Assembly: GCA_037143195.1 (NCBI GenBank)
Contig: JBAWZD010000004.1
Location: 1-54,955 of the forward strand
Reading direction: 5' to 3'
DNA length: 54,955 nt
DNA from: a bacterium
GTDB taxonomy: Bacteria; Patescibacteriota; Minisyncoccia; Phycocordibacterales; UBA9973
Part shown: positions 1-9,945 of the stretch, piece after piece
Position numbering within the stretch: position 1 is the first letter of the stretch
How the letters are laid out: the number at the start of each line of letters is the position of its first letter
The notes under the pieces: generated by a model
What the model was told of the DNA's origin: nothing
Database searches by the model: none
The model's input: the letters and a program-made list of their open reading frames with translations, nothing else
Position numbers and translations under genes: made by a program

Positions 1-3000
1 TACACCTCATCCGATGGTGGAGCAACGTGGACTACTCACGGAGGAAGTTCAGGTTCTCATAACTGGACAGATATAGCTTCTTCCACAGATGGCGCTCATC
101 TCGTAGCGGCTTGTTCCGACGCCGGTAGAGGATATATCTACACCTCATCCGATGGTGGAGCAACGTGGACTAATCACGGAGGAAGTTCAGGGATTGGATA
201 TTGGTTGCGTGTTGCGTCTTCCGCTGACGGATCTCACCTTGTAGCTGTCACAGGCGACACTCTCCAATTATATACATCGATTGATAGCGGTGTAACTTGG
301 GTACGAAGAGTCGTAGATGGGTTTGAGGTTGCCTCTGATTCTAGTGGTATGAAACTGATAACTTCCTCTGCTTCCACTCACCAGACTTATACATCCACAA
401 ATGGAGGTGTGACTTGGATACTAGAACCGCTTACTAGTAACGGTCCAGTGGCATCAGATTCATCAGGTACTCAACTTGTAGCTCTATCTACTCTTGGATA
501 TATCAACGAAACTACAACCGCGTCAGTTACTCTCTCTGTAGTCGACACTGTGAGTAGTAGCGGGATTACACTCACAACAGCTGAATTGCACGGCAACCTT
601 GTTTCGAGCGGGGGATCTTCTGGTACTGAGGGTATCGAGTATGGTCTGACGACGAGCTATGGAACAAACGTCGGTGTGGCGTCGTTTCTCGCCGGAGTGA
701 CTGGCGCATATAGTACGGGGACACGCATCACAAGTCTCTCGTGTGGCACCACGTATCACTATCGTGCATGGGCAACGACTGCAGCAGGTACCGCTCACGG
801 GTCAGATATGACGTTTGCAACACTTCCATGTTTGGGTGCACCAATAGTCCTCACGGTGAGCGCTACAAGCATCACACCAAGCACTGTCACACTCACAGGA
901 AATCTCACCGATCTCGGAGGTGCACCAAGTGCAACTGCGGGATTCAATTATGGACTCACAACTACATATGGTTCGTCGGTCACGATGGCTGCTCCATATA
1001 CTGTGCCGACATTGTTTGTGAACACAACAGTGTCAGGACTCACGTGTGCGACGACATATCATTTCCGTGCGTACGCAACAAACACCGCGGGTACAGCCAA
1101 TGGCGCAGACATGACGTTTACAACATTGCCGTGTGCGATACGGATACCTATTGTCTCTACACTTTCCGCAACAACAGTTGGAACTACGACTGGATATTTG
1201 AATGCTCATCTTGCCGACGACGGAGGTGCATTAACTGTTTATCTTGGATTCAATTATGGACTTACCACTGCATATGGCACTTCTATTCCTGTCGCTTCTC
1301 TTGGTATGGGGCGATCGCCGTATGATTTTGTTTCTGGTCAGAGTGGTCTCTTGTGCAATACCCTCTATCATTACGAGGCGACTGCTACAAACACGGCAGG
1401 AACGGGTCTCGGGGGAGACATGACTTTTAGGACACTTCCATGTCCTACTGTTTCACCTACAGTACTTACTGTTTCTGCAACAAGTATTACAACAAGTACC
1501 GTCACACTCACGGGAAATCTCACCGATCTCGGCGGAGCACCAAGTGCAACTGCGGGATTCAATTATGGTCTCACCACTGCATATGGTTCGACTGTCACAA
1601 TGTCGTCGCCGTACACGGTGCCAACACTCTACGTAAATACAACAATCACCGGACTCACGTGTGGTACGCTCTATCACTATCGCGCATGGGCGACGAACTC
1701 AGTCGGCACGACGAATGGTTCTGATATGACGTTCACGACGGGGATTTGTCTCACTCCGCCAGCGGTCACGACGGACAGTGTGACTCCAGGAAGTACAAGC
1801 GCGACGTTTAACGGCACGATTGTGTCGCTTGGTGGAGCATCGAGTGCTTCAGTTCGCGGATTTTCATACAACACAACACCAACACTCGCGACGATCGGTC
1901 TCGATCCTGCGATTGATTCAGGCGTGGGAACATTTAGCACTGGTCCATACTCACTCACAATCACGGGACTCGCGTGCGCGACGACGTACCACTATCGTGC
2001 GTACGCGGAAAACACCACAGGCATGGGACACGGCGCAGATATGTCGTTTACGACACTCGCATGTTCGCTCGTAGCACCGACTGTGCACACCATGACAGCA
2101 ACTGTTTCAGGAGCGACAGCGACACTCACAGGTCACCTCGATTCATTCGGTATTGGCGCAAGTGGTCCGCTTACTTCTGCGTCAGTCGCATTCAATTTTG
2201 GAGGAACGACAGTCGCGTCATCGACACCAACACTCTCATCGCTCACGAATTTTTCGGGTACTGTCACCGTCGCATGTGGGTCAACCTATTCATATTTTGC
2301 CACTGCAATGAATGCGGGTGGGGGAGCAACGACCGACCTCACACCTGTCTCATTCACAACACCCGCATGTCCTGCAACAGCGCCGATAGTGGTGACTGAT
2401 CCTGCGACCGCAATCACGACAACGACTGCGACGATTAGCGGTCATGTCACTGCATTCGGTACAAGCGCGACATCAATCACGAGTCGTACACTGAGTTCAA
2501 GTTCTGGCGGAGCCGGTTCGACGATGACAGTCATCACGACACTCCCATCACCATTCTCTCAGTCACTTGTTGGACTCACCTGTAACACCACGTATACATT
2601 CACCGCAAGTGCGATGAACAATGCAGGTCTCACGGGTACAGGTGCAACGCTTTCGTTCACGACGAGCGCGTGTCCGATCGGCGGGCCGACGGTCACAACC
2701 ACTGCCGCGACAGCTATCACAACCACGACCGCGACAATAAACGGAAATGTCACGAGTCTCGGTTCCGGCGCAACGTCGATGACGAGTCGTGGATTCACGG
2801 GAAGTTTTGGTACACCAATCACGGCTACTGGATCGTTTGGTACAGGTACATTCTCGTCGGCACTTACTGGACTTACGTGTAATACAAATTACACATTCAC
2901 TGCAACGGGCACAAACAACGCCGGCCTCTCTGCTACAGGTGCAACGCTTTCGTTCACGACGAGCGCGTGTCCAATCGGTGCGCCGACAATCACGACGACC

Positions 3001-5079
3001 TCAGCAAGTGCAATCACGACAACATCGGCAACACTGAACGGTTCAGTCACCGCACTCGGTCTTGGCGCAACATCAATATCAAGCCGTGGATTTACCACGA
3101 GTTTCGGTTCACCAATTTCTGTTTCAGGCACATTTAGTACTGGAGCGTTTACCGCGAACGTAACAGGACTCACCTGTAATTCGGCATATAGTTTTGTCGC
3201 CAAAGCGACGAACAATGTTGCCGTATCGGCAAGTGGTGCATCAGTTTCATTCCGCACACTCGCGTGTCCTGCAGGATCCCCTGCGGTCACAACTGATACC
3301 GCAACAACCGTGAGTGACGTAAGCGCAACACTCAATGCGACCGTCACATCACTTGGCTCGGGTGCAACATCACTCACTCCAAGCTTCGAATATGGAACAT
3401 CCACTGCACTTGGCACGGCGGTCCCTGTCGGGTCATCAGGGTGGATTACGGCACCACGTGCATACAATATGGCGCTCTCGGGTCTTACCTGCGGAACAAC
3501 GTATTACTATCAAGCACAAGTCGTGAACGATGGTGGAGCATCGGCTTTGGGTCTCATCAAAAATTTCACCACCGACGCATGTACGGGTGCGCCTTCAGTC
3601 GCGACTATCTCGGCGACATCGGTGACAACGACTAGCGCCCTCCTTCACGGCAATTTGTTGAGTAATGGTGGCGATACATCGACTGTGACATATTTTGCAT
3701 ATGACACATCGACTGCGTATTCACTTTCGACATCGGGAGTGGTCACTCCAGTTGGTGCCTTCACCGATACTGTAAGTGGCCTTACATGTGGTACGACATA
3801 TCACTTTAGCGCAGGTGCATTCAACGGATCGGGGTCAGACAATGGAGTGGATATGACATTCACGACGCTCGCATGTACTGTGGGCACACCAGCAGTCACG
3901 ACGAACGCAGCAACTGGTATCACAACAACGGGAGCAACATTGAACGGTACTGTCACATCACTCGGCGCAGGTGCGACAAGTGCTACTCGTGGATTCGCGG
4001 GGAGCTTCGGAGCGGCAGTCATCGTTTCTGGTTCAATTACTTCAGCACCATCAGCGTATTCGTATACACTCAGTGGGCTCACATGTAATACGACGTATAC
4101 ATACAACGCGACGGTGACGAATGATGCGAGTCATTCTGCTGCAGGAGGTACTCTTTCATTCACGACAAGCGCATGTCCAATCGGTGCGCCGATAGTCACG
4201 ACGACGTCAGCAAGTGCCGTCACCGCAACGTCAGCAACTCTCGGAGGTAACCTCACGAGTACCGGTGGCGCATCAAGTACGACTGTCAGCTTCGAATATG
4301 GATTGACTACTTCATATGGCACGACTGCCTCAGCTGGTACTCGAAGTACGACAGGTGCGTTTACTGCAACGTCTGGAGTGCTCGCATGTAACACGATGTA
4401 TCATTATCGAGCGAAGGCACTTAACACTGGCGGTTCCGCGAATGGTGGAGACGTTACATTCACGACGAGCGCGTGTCCAATCAGCACTCCGACTGTCACG
4501 ACGACGTCAGCAAGTGCCGTCACCGCAACGTCAGCAACTCTCGGAGGTAACCTCACGAGTACCGGTGGCGCATCAAGTACGACTGTCAGCTTCGAATACG
4601 GAACAACGACTGCATACGGCACAACGGTGTCGGGTGGCACGATGAGTACGACGGGAACATTCTCTGGCACAACATCGAGTCTCGCATGTCATACAACGTA
4701 TCACTATCGCGCAAAGGCGACGAATACAGCGGGTTCTTCAAATGGCACTGATGCAACATTTACTACAGGAGTGTGTGACCCAACGGTGGCGACTGTTTCA
4801 GGGTCACTGCTCTCAGGAATACTCACTGGTAATCTGACATCGCTTGGAGCAGGAGCAACGAGTGCGAGTGTCGGTTTCTACTATGGAGACACTACTGCGT
4901 ACTCATCAGGTTCGGTCAATGCAACAACACCCGGACCAACGATGTCGAGTACGGGAACGTTTACTGCAAATGTTCCTGTCGGCAAAGTCTCGTGTAATAC
5001 ACCATGGCACGTCAAAGCATGGGCGCGAAATGCAAGTGGTGTGACAGTGACCGGTGCCGATGTGAGTTTCTGTAATTAA
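1..5079 (+). CDS. Giant Thr/Ser-rich surface protein, 5'-truncated: Asp-box (BNR) propeller repeats followed by 15 Cys-containing FN3-like repeats
   Basis: Frame 1 is open from base 1 (YTSSDGGATW x2 precede the ORF-track start at 205). S-x-D/N-x-G-x-T-W motifs are followed by ~100-aa repeats containing L-x-C-x-T-x-Y and ending F-T-T-x-x-C. Confidence 0.9.
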   Translation, partial: YTSSDGGATWTTHGGSSGSHNWTDIASSTDGAHLVAACSDAGRGYIYTSSDGGATWTNHGGSSGIGYWLRVASSADGSHLVAVTGDTLQLYTSIDSGVTWVRRVVDGFEVASDSSGMKLITSSASTHQTYTSTNGGVTWILEPLTSNGPVASDSSGTQLVALSTLGYINETTTASVTLSVVDTVSSSGITLTTAELHGNLVSSGGSSGTEGIEYGLTTSYGTNVGVASFLAGVTGAYSTGTRITSLSCGTTYHYRAWATTAAGTAHGSDMTFATLPCLGAPIVLTVSATSITPSTVTLTGNLTDLGGAPSATAGFNYGLTTTYGSSVTMAAPYTVPTLFVNTTVSGLTCATTYHFRAYATNTAGTANGADMTFTTLPCAIRIPIVSTLSATTVGTTTGYLNAHLADDGGALTVYLGFNYGLTTAYGTSIPVASLGMGRSPYDFVSGQSGLLCNTLYHYEATATNTAGTGLGGDMTFRTLPCPTVSPTVLTVSATSITTSTVTLTGNLTDLGGAPSATAGFNYGLTTAYGSTVTMSSPYTVPTLYVNTTITGLTCGTLYHYRAWATNSVGTTNGSDMTFTTGICLTPPAVTTDSVTPGSTSATFNGTIVSLGGASSASVRGFSYNTTPTLATIGLDPAIDSGVGTFSTGPYSLTITGLACATTYHYRAYAENTTGMGHGADMSFTTLACSLVAPTVHTMTATVSGATATLTGHLDSFGIGASGPLTSASVAFNFGGTTVASSTPTLSSLTNFSGTVTVACGSTYSYFATAMNAGGGATTDLTPVSFTTPACPATAPIVVTDPATAITTTTATISGHVTAFGTSATSITSRTLSSSSGGAGSTMTVITTLPSPFSQSLVGLTCNTTYTFTASAMNNAGLTGTGATLSFTTSACPIGGPTVTTTAATAITTTTATINGNVTSLGSGATSMTSRGFTGSFGTPITATGSFGTGTFSSALTGLTCNTNYTFTATGTNNAGLSATGATLSFTTSACPIGAPTITTTSASAITTTSATLNGSVTALGLGATSISSRGFTTSFGSPISVSGTFSTGAFTANVTGLTCNSAYSFVAKATNNVAVSASGASVSFRTLACPAGSPAVTTDTATTVSDVSATLNATVTSLGSGATSLTPSFEYGTSTALGTAVPVGSSGWITAPRAYNMALSGLTCGTTYYYQAQVVNDGGASALGLIKNFTTDACTGAPSVATISATSVTTTSALLHGNLLSNGGDTSTVTYFAYDTSTAYSLSTSGVVTPVGAFTDTVSGLTCGTTYHFSAGAFNGSGSDNGVDMTFTTLACTVGTPAVTTNAATGITTTGATLNGTVTSLGAGATSATRGFAGSFGAAVIVSGSITSAPSAYSYTLSGLTCNTTYTYNATVTNDASHSAAGGTLSFTTSACPIGAPIVTTTSASAVTATSATLGGNLTSTGGASSTTVSFEYGLTTSYGTTASAGTRSTTGAFTATSGVLACNTMYHYRAKALNTGGSANGGDVTFTTSACPISTPTVTTTSASAVTATSATLGGNLTSTGGASSTTVSFEYGTTTAYGTTVSGGTMSTTGTFSGTTSSLACHTTYHYRAKATNTAGSSNGTDATFTTGVCDPTVATVSGSLLSGILTGNLTSLGAGATSASVGFYYGDTTAYSSGSVNATTPGPTMSSTGTFTANVPVGKVSCNTPWHVKAWARNASGVTVTGADVSFCN

Positions 5080-5099
5080 TTTTTTCACACATGTGATAC

Positions 5100-5125
5100 A
5101 AAAAAACCGCTTACGCGGTTTTTTT
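5100..5125. terminator. Bidirectional intrinsic terminator
   Basis: AAAAAAACCGC-TTAC-GCGGTTTTTTT between convergent genes. The folA stop codon lies in the loop. Confidence 0.85.
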
Positions 5126-5632
5126 GTATATGAGAAACGAATGAGGATATATGTGTTCGCCGTCAGAAGCATGTTCGATGCGTGAGATTTCTTTCCATTC
5201 GGGACCAATTTCAGGGAAGTGGGTGTCTGCATGTGGGAATTCTCCGTCGATACGAGTGATATACAATTTGTGAGCGAAGTTCATGCCTTGGCGATAGAGT
5301 TCACCACCACCGATGATGAAGATTTCAGTTTCCTCCTGCTTTTCTTCAAAGTGCTTGCCCTGTTCGAGCGCCGCGAGACGGAGACCTTCTTCGAGTGAAT
5401 GTACAACGTCGACGCCAGCGGGTCGGTAGGAATGGTCACGGGTGACTACGATGTTTTGGCGCTTCGGGAGTGGGAATCCGATCGATTCAAATGTTTTTCG
5501 GCCCATAATGACGGTGTGTCCGCGCGTCGTGTCGCGGAAATACTGCATATCGCGAGGCATCTCCCATAGGAGCGTATTATCTTTACCAAGCTCGTTATTG
5601 CGCCCAATAGCTGCGATCATTGAAACTATCAT
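5111..5632 (-). CDS. folA: Dihydrofolate reductase
   Basis: IAAIGRNNELGKDNTLLW, VIMGRKTFESIG, IIGGGELY and DTHFP motifs. Confidence 0.97.
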   Translation of the reverse strand: MIVSMIAAIGRNNELGKDNTLLWEMPRDMQYFRDTTRGHTVIMGRKTFESIGFPLPKRQNIVVTRDHSYRPAGVDVVHSLEEGLRLAALEQGKHFEEKQEETEIFIIGGGELYRQGMNFAHKLYITRIDGEFPHADTHFPEIGPEWKEISRIEHASDGEHIYPHSFLIYKKTA

Positions 5633-5667
5633 GCCGACAGTGTATCACTTTTTTGAAAAAGGTGTTT

Positions 5668-7341
5668 TTAGACAATTTCAGCTTGATAACATTTTTCACA
5701 ATACACACGTTCTGGTCGTTCAGGACTGAAGGCTGTCATGAATGTAGTTTGACAGTGCTCGCTTCCATGTGCATGAGTGTTTTGTTCACACATACAGGTT
5801 CGCTCATAGAGTGTACGCGGGAGACGTTTTTGCATGCGCGTCGCATGTCGACAAAAGAAACACTGCTTCGGGAGGGGAAGACCAAACCGTTTGTAGATAG
5901 ACAGTTCATGATCGATAAATCGGTAGTTACGTTCGCATTTCTCACAGGCAAATATTTTGTCTTTGAGGAACTCAAAATCATAGGTATCTGCTTGGTCAAT
6001 CGTATAATTTTCTTGTCCACGCATCATTGGAATGTCGTCTTTCCAAGGATATCCCTCGGCGAGTGCTTCCTCGCGTGTGAGCGGGTAGTATTCATTCACG
6101 GTTGATTCATTGTATGTGAATGGTGCAAGCTCGATTGGGAAGAACTCACCCCATTCTCCCGTGGAGCGCATGTGCTCAATGATTTTTGGCACAAGAGCTT
6201 CGTATTCCTCTTTTGTGTATTGTTTATTGAGAATACAATAATCTTTTTTGCGGAGTCCAACACAACCAAGCAAGTTGTTTGAATTGAGACAAAATTGCGA
6301 GTATGAGGTCTCGGTACAATCTTGGGCCATGTGACAGGCGATGAGTTTATATGATTGAGAGAATACTGTTTCATAGCAGTGTTCAACATTCGTCGTGAAT
6401 ATTGAGTCATAACTTTCAACGAGCGAACGAACGGTAAAACCGAATTTTCCATTTTCTCCACTTTTAATATCAAAACTCCACTGTATGTTTTTCCCGTTAT
6501 AAATATGATTTCCTGATACGTCTGTATTGTGAGAACCAAACATGTGTGGAGTTGGAACTGTGCGTTTCAATTTTGATTGTTCTTCTCGTATAAATGGAAG
6601 TGTTCTTCGGTTACTGAGTGGATGATCAATCTTAAACTGCTGGTATTCCTCCTTGGAAACCTGTTGGTTAAAAATGTGGTATGACTTGTTGCGCAACCCG
6701 ACACAACCAATACAATTTACACACCCACGACAATCAAAGAGCCCAATTGATTCGGCGCATGCTTCGCACTCTTCGGAGTAGAGGAGATTGTTTGATTCGA
6801 GCACGTCGATACATTCGTAACAATATTCTGATTTGTAGAGGTATGAGCAGTCTGATGATTCTCGTGAATTCCAGATTGCATGACCACCATAATCGCAGTA
6901 TTCACTGTCGACGACACCGAATGCAAAATAGCAATGAGAACTACGATGTGAGACATTGCAGTATCCGCAGTCTGAACTGTTGGTGACCATGAGTGAAGCA
7001 TGAGGTACTTCGTTGAGCAGTTCGTGATATTGCTCGAAGAATGATCGAGAAAAATCGTAGTCTCGTCCGTACTCGATCGCATCCCAATCGTCGGCATACC
7101 ATTCCTCAGTGCTCCACACAGGGAAGGGTTGGTCGGCATGGTACATGCCGATGATTGGTTTTCCAGATTTTGAAGATGTTCGCTTGTAGAGTGTCGTGAA
7201 GTTGCGAATGAACATGCGTCGTTTTTGGCGACACAGTGGGCAGAGCGTAGGTGGAGGTACCTGCATTTTTTCGTAAAACGAAAAATCGTCTGGCACTATC
7301 GTGAATTGATTCGTACATTTTTTGCAGGTTCGGGTTTCCAT
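5668..7341 (-). CDS. Cys-rich zinc-ribbon/repeat protein of unknown function
   Basis: CxxC pairs at both ends and a central S/C-x-x-C repeat tract. Start METRTCKKC at 7341 is preferred because the ORF-track start overlaps the NUDIX gene. Confidence 0.85.
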   Translation of the reverse strand: METRTCKKCTNQFTIVPDDFSFYEKMQVPPPTLCPLCRQKRRMFIRNFTTLYKRTSSKSGKPIIGMYHADQPFPVWSTEEWYADDWDAIEYGRDYDFSRSFFEQYHELLNEVPHASLMVTNSSDCGYCNVSHRSSHCYFAFGVVDSEYCDYGGHAIWNSRESSDCSYLYKSEYCYECIDVLESNNLLYSEECEACAESIGLFDCRGCVNCIGCVGLRNKSYHIFNQQVSKEEYQQFKIDHPLSNRRTLPFIREEQSKLKRTVPTPHMFGSHNTDVSGNHIYNGKNIQWSFDIKSGENGKFGFTVRSLVESYDSIFTTNVEHCYETVFSQSYKLIACHMAQDCTETSYSQFCLNSNNLLGCVGLRKKDYCILNKQYTKEEYEALVPKIIEHMRSTGEWGEFFPIELAPFTYNESTVNEYYPLTREEALAEGYPWKDDIPMMRGQENYTIDQADTYDFEFLKDKIFACEKCERNYRFIDHELSIYKRFGLPLPKQCFFCRHATRMQKRLPRTLYERTCMCEQNTHAHGSEHCQTTFMTAFSPERPERVYCEKCYQAEIV

Positions 7342-7352
7342 GATGATATTCG

Positions 7353-7778
7353 CTATTCTTCGATATTTAAAAAAGTGTTTACTGTTTTCTGGAGTGAACT
7401 GGCAAGGGGAGTAGGGAGAGCTTCGAGTGGGTACCAACCGATGTCGCTACATTTTGACGGTTCGAGGATTTCAGGTGTGCCAAAAATGATACGCGCAGGG
7501 AAGATTGTGGTGATCCAGTGTTGTTTTTCGCGAGGCAAAATATGATCAACGGCAGGAAGTTGTCCGTCGAGTTCGATGTCGACACCGATTTCTTCGCGCA
7601 CTTCACGCACGACAGCATCACGCAATGTTTCTCCGAATTCAACCGTGCCACCAGGCACGGTCCAATAGCCGACTTCATTTTTTGATTCTGGTCCGCGCTT
7701 CATGAGGAAAAGTTCACCCTCGTCATTCAATATGAACGCACCCACACCTGTTCCGATATAGTCTGTACCTGGTTTCAT
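7353..7778 (-). CDS. NUDIX hydrolase
   Basis: Nudix box GGTVEFGETLRDAVVREVREEIG. Confidence 0.93.
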   Translation of the reverse strand: MKPGTDYIGTGVGAFILNDEGELFLMKRGPESKNEVGYWTVPGGTVEFGETLRDAVVREVREEIGVDIELDGQLPAVDHILPREKQHWITTIFPARIIFGTPEILEPSKCSDIGWYPLEALPTPLASSLQKTVNTFLNIEE

Positions 7779-7780
7779 GT

Positions 7781-8806
7781 TTAATTCTTTTTTCCAATTA
7801 AAACTTCTTTGCCGACTTTTTTAATTAAAGGATCACCGTTCGTATCAAGCATGTGCTGTGCCTGAGTAGTGTAGTCTTTGATTCTATTTGGATTCGCCTG
7901 AATGAAATCGAGGTAGCTGGAAAAGATATCTTGAAGATTGCTTTTAAAACTTTTTCCATTCTGAAGAATAGAATTATCAAAAACATTTCCATCTTCAACC
8001 TCTTCATATGGGGAAACCTGTAAGCAGCGAGCCATTGTTTCGTCCATGTTCCATGTGTAAGAAACCTTTTCCCAGTCTCCATTTTTTATAAGGGTAGCCG
8101 CGTCTTTTATTTCTTTGTGTGAGAATTTCTCTTCCATACAAAGAATAAACTCCTCATATATTTTTTTTGTTTTTGCAAAAAAGATTTGCTCTTCGGGAAA
8201 AAGAAAATTCTTAACGTCAGGTTGGTTTTTCGTTACTTTCCCAATTTTTGTTAGGTGGCTTGTCATCGTATGGATGAGTTCGTGGGAAGTGGTAGCAAGA
8301 GCATCAAGATCGTTCTCATATGAGCGCACATAAACTATTTTACCGATGAGAAGATTTTCTGGTTCGACTGTTTCTCCAACTGCTTTGATTAGGTAATCGT
8401 GGCTTTGTCCTTTTGGCGATGGCGCATCTTTCCATGTTCTACCGTGAATCACGGTGATATCTCTTAAAACACCCTTCGCTAACATTTCATGGAGTGTCTC
8501 GGTGCCGTTCGCGTTAGGATAATTTTTAAGCATTTGACCAAGTGAGGCATCGGCTGATTCAAAGACACCTCCGGTAATTTCAGCAAGCGGTCCGTATTCA
8601 TCTTGGAATTTTTTTGTTTCAAGAATCTTCCAGAGCTCCTCTGGAACTGTTGATTCTGGTCCGTTTCCGTATCTCAGCACTGCTCCATTTTTTAGACGCT
8701 TCTGAGAAAGAGACACAGCCGCAACTTCTTTTTCAAAATCATCGTCGATAGTAAATATTTTTTTCCACGTGACGTGTTCGGGTGATTGAATGGTTTCTAA
8801 TTTCAT
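7781..8806 (-). CDS. Hypothetical protein with HExxH motif (possible zinc metallopeptidase)
   Basis: Long AT-rich ORF containing SHELIHT. Start MKLETIQ at 8806 avoids overlap with thyA. Confidence 0.7.
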   Translation of the reverse strand: MKLETIQSPEHVTWKKIFTIDDDFEKEVAAVSLSQKRLKNGAVLRYGNGPESTVPEELWKILETKKFQDEYGPLAEITGGVFESADASLGQMLKNYPNANGTETLHEMLAKGVLRDITVIHGRTWKDAPSPKGQSHDYLIKAVGETVEPENLLIGKIVYVRSYENDLDALATTSHELIHTMTSHLTKIGKVTKNQPDVKNFLFPEEQIFFAKTKKIYEEFILCMEEKFSHKEIKDAATLIKNGDWEKVSYTWNMDETMARCLQVSPYEEVEDGNVFDNSILQNGKSFKSNLQDIFSSYLDFIQANPNRIKDYTTQAQHMLDTNGDPLIKKVGKEVLIGKKN

Positions 8807-8813
8807 AATTATA

Positions 8814-9755
8814 TTAGACTGCGATCGGTGCCTTGATGGCATCATGCGGGTTGTAATCAACGAGTTCAAAATCGTCGATGGTGAAATCTTCGATTTTTGT
8901 TTTTGCGGGATTTATCTTCAATGTCGGAAGGGGACGAATATCACTGCGACGAGTGAGTTGGAGGTGCGCTTGTTCGATATGATTTTTGTACAAATGCACG
9001 TCGCCACCTGTCCATACAAATTCGCCAGCCTTCAGTCCGCAGATCTGCGCGATGATCATGGTGAAGATTGAGTACGACGCGATGTTGAATGGCACGCCGA
9101 GAAATGTATCGCACGAACGTTGGTAGAGTTGGCAGGAGAGTTTGCCGTCGGCGACATAAAACTGAAAGAAACAGTGGCAGGGCGGGAGCCCTGCCTTCGC
9201 CATCTCATCAATATCAGCAACATTCCATGCCGATACGATCATGCGTCGGGAGTCTGGGGTATTTTTTATTTGTTCGATCACTTTTGCGAGTTGGTCGACA
9301 TGTCCACCATTTGGCGTTGGCCAACTACGCCACTGGTATCCATAGATTGGTCCGAGGTTGCCGTATTCATTTCTGAATTGTTCATCAGTTTTAATACGCT
9401 CGACAAAAGCACTCATACCCGTTTTCCATTCGTCGCCATTAATTTCTGGAATCGGAAGATTGTTTCGTTTGAGATATGCCTTGTATGGCCACTCATCCCA
9501 AATGTGCACGTTGTTGTCGGCAAGATATTTGAGATTGGTATCGCCACGCATAAACCAGAGGAGCTCATGAATGATTGCTTTGATCGGAACTTTCTTTGTC
9601 GTGAGAAGAGGGAAGCCGTCTTCGAGATCAAAACGCATTTGGTGACCGAGGAACGATTTTGTACCCGTACCTGTGCGGTCGGTTTTCTCTGTGCCCATAT
9701 CGATGAGCTTTTGGAGCAAGTCGAGATATTGCTCGTCCACATGTGTGCCTTTCAT
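8814..9755 (-). CDS. thyA: Thymidylate synthase
   Basis: [40 protein letters not shown] and GVPFNIASY motifs. Start 9755 is inferred from TATACT 6 nt upstream; the alternative start is 9800. Confidence 0.97.
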   Translation of the reverse strand: MKGTHVDEQYLDLLQKLIDMGTEKTDRTGTGTKSFLGHQMRFDLEDGFPLLTTKKVPIKAIIHELLWFMRGDTNLKYLADNNVHIWDEWPYKAYLKRNNLPIPEINGDEWKTGMSAFVERIKTDEQFRNEYGNLGPIYGYQWRSWPTPNGGHVDQLAKVIEQIKNTPDSRRMIVSAWNVADIDEMAKAGLPPCHCFFQFYVADGKLSCQLYQRSCDTFLGVPFNIASYSIFTMIIAQICGLKAGEFVWTGGDVHLYKNHIEQAHLQLTRRSDIRPLPTLKINPAKTKIEDFTIDDFELVDYNPHDAIKAPIAV

Positions 9756-9793
9756 GTGTTGAGTATATGTTTTTTGAAGGCTTTTGGCGAATA

Positions 9794-9822
9794 TTGACAT
9801 ATCAAGACAATAGTGCTATTCT
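9794..9822 (+). promoter_or_regulatory. Sigma70-type promoter of the DEAD-box helicase
   Basis: TTGACA-17 nt-TATTCT with an extended TGn motif. Confidence 0.7.
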
Positions 9823-9945
9823 TTGGACATCATTCTCACTAAGGACCACACGAGGTCCTCTTATTTATAAGGGAGTGACGATTGTGGAAGTCACCTAGAC
9901 GCTTGTTGTCATATGGTTGATATCCATGACAAAACAAGTAACTAT

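Noticed and set aside
4195-4598. Possible DGR template/variable repeat pair
   Set aside because: Both copies are in-frame coding repeats, the core is identical rather than A-specifically mutated, and no reverse transcriptase is present in the window.
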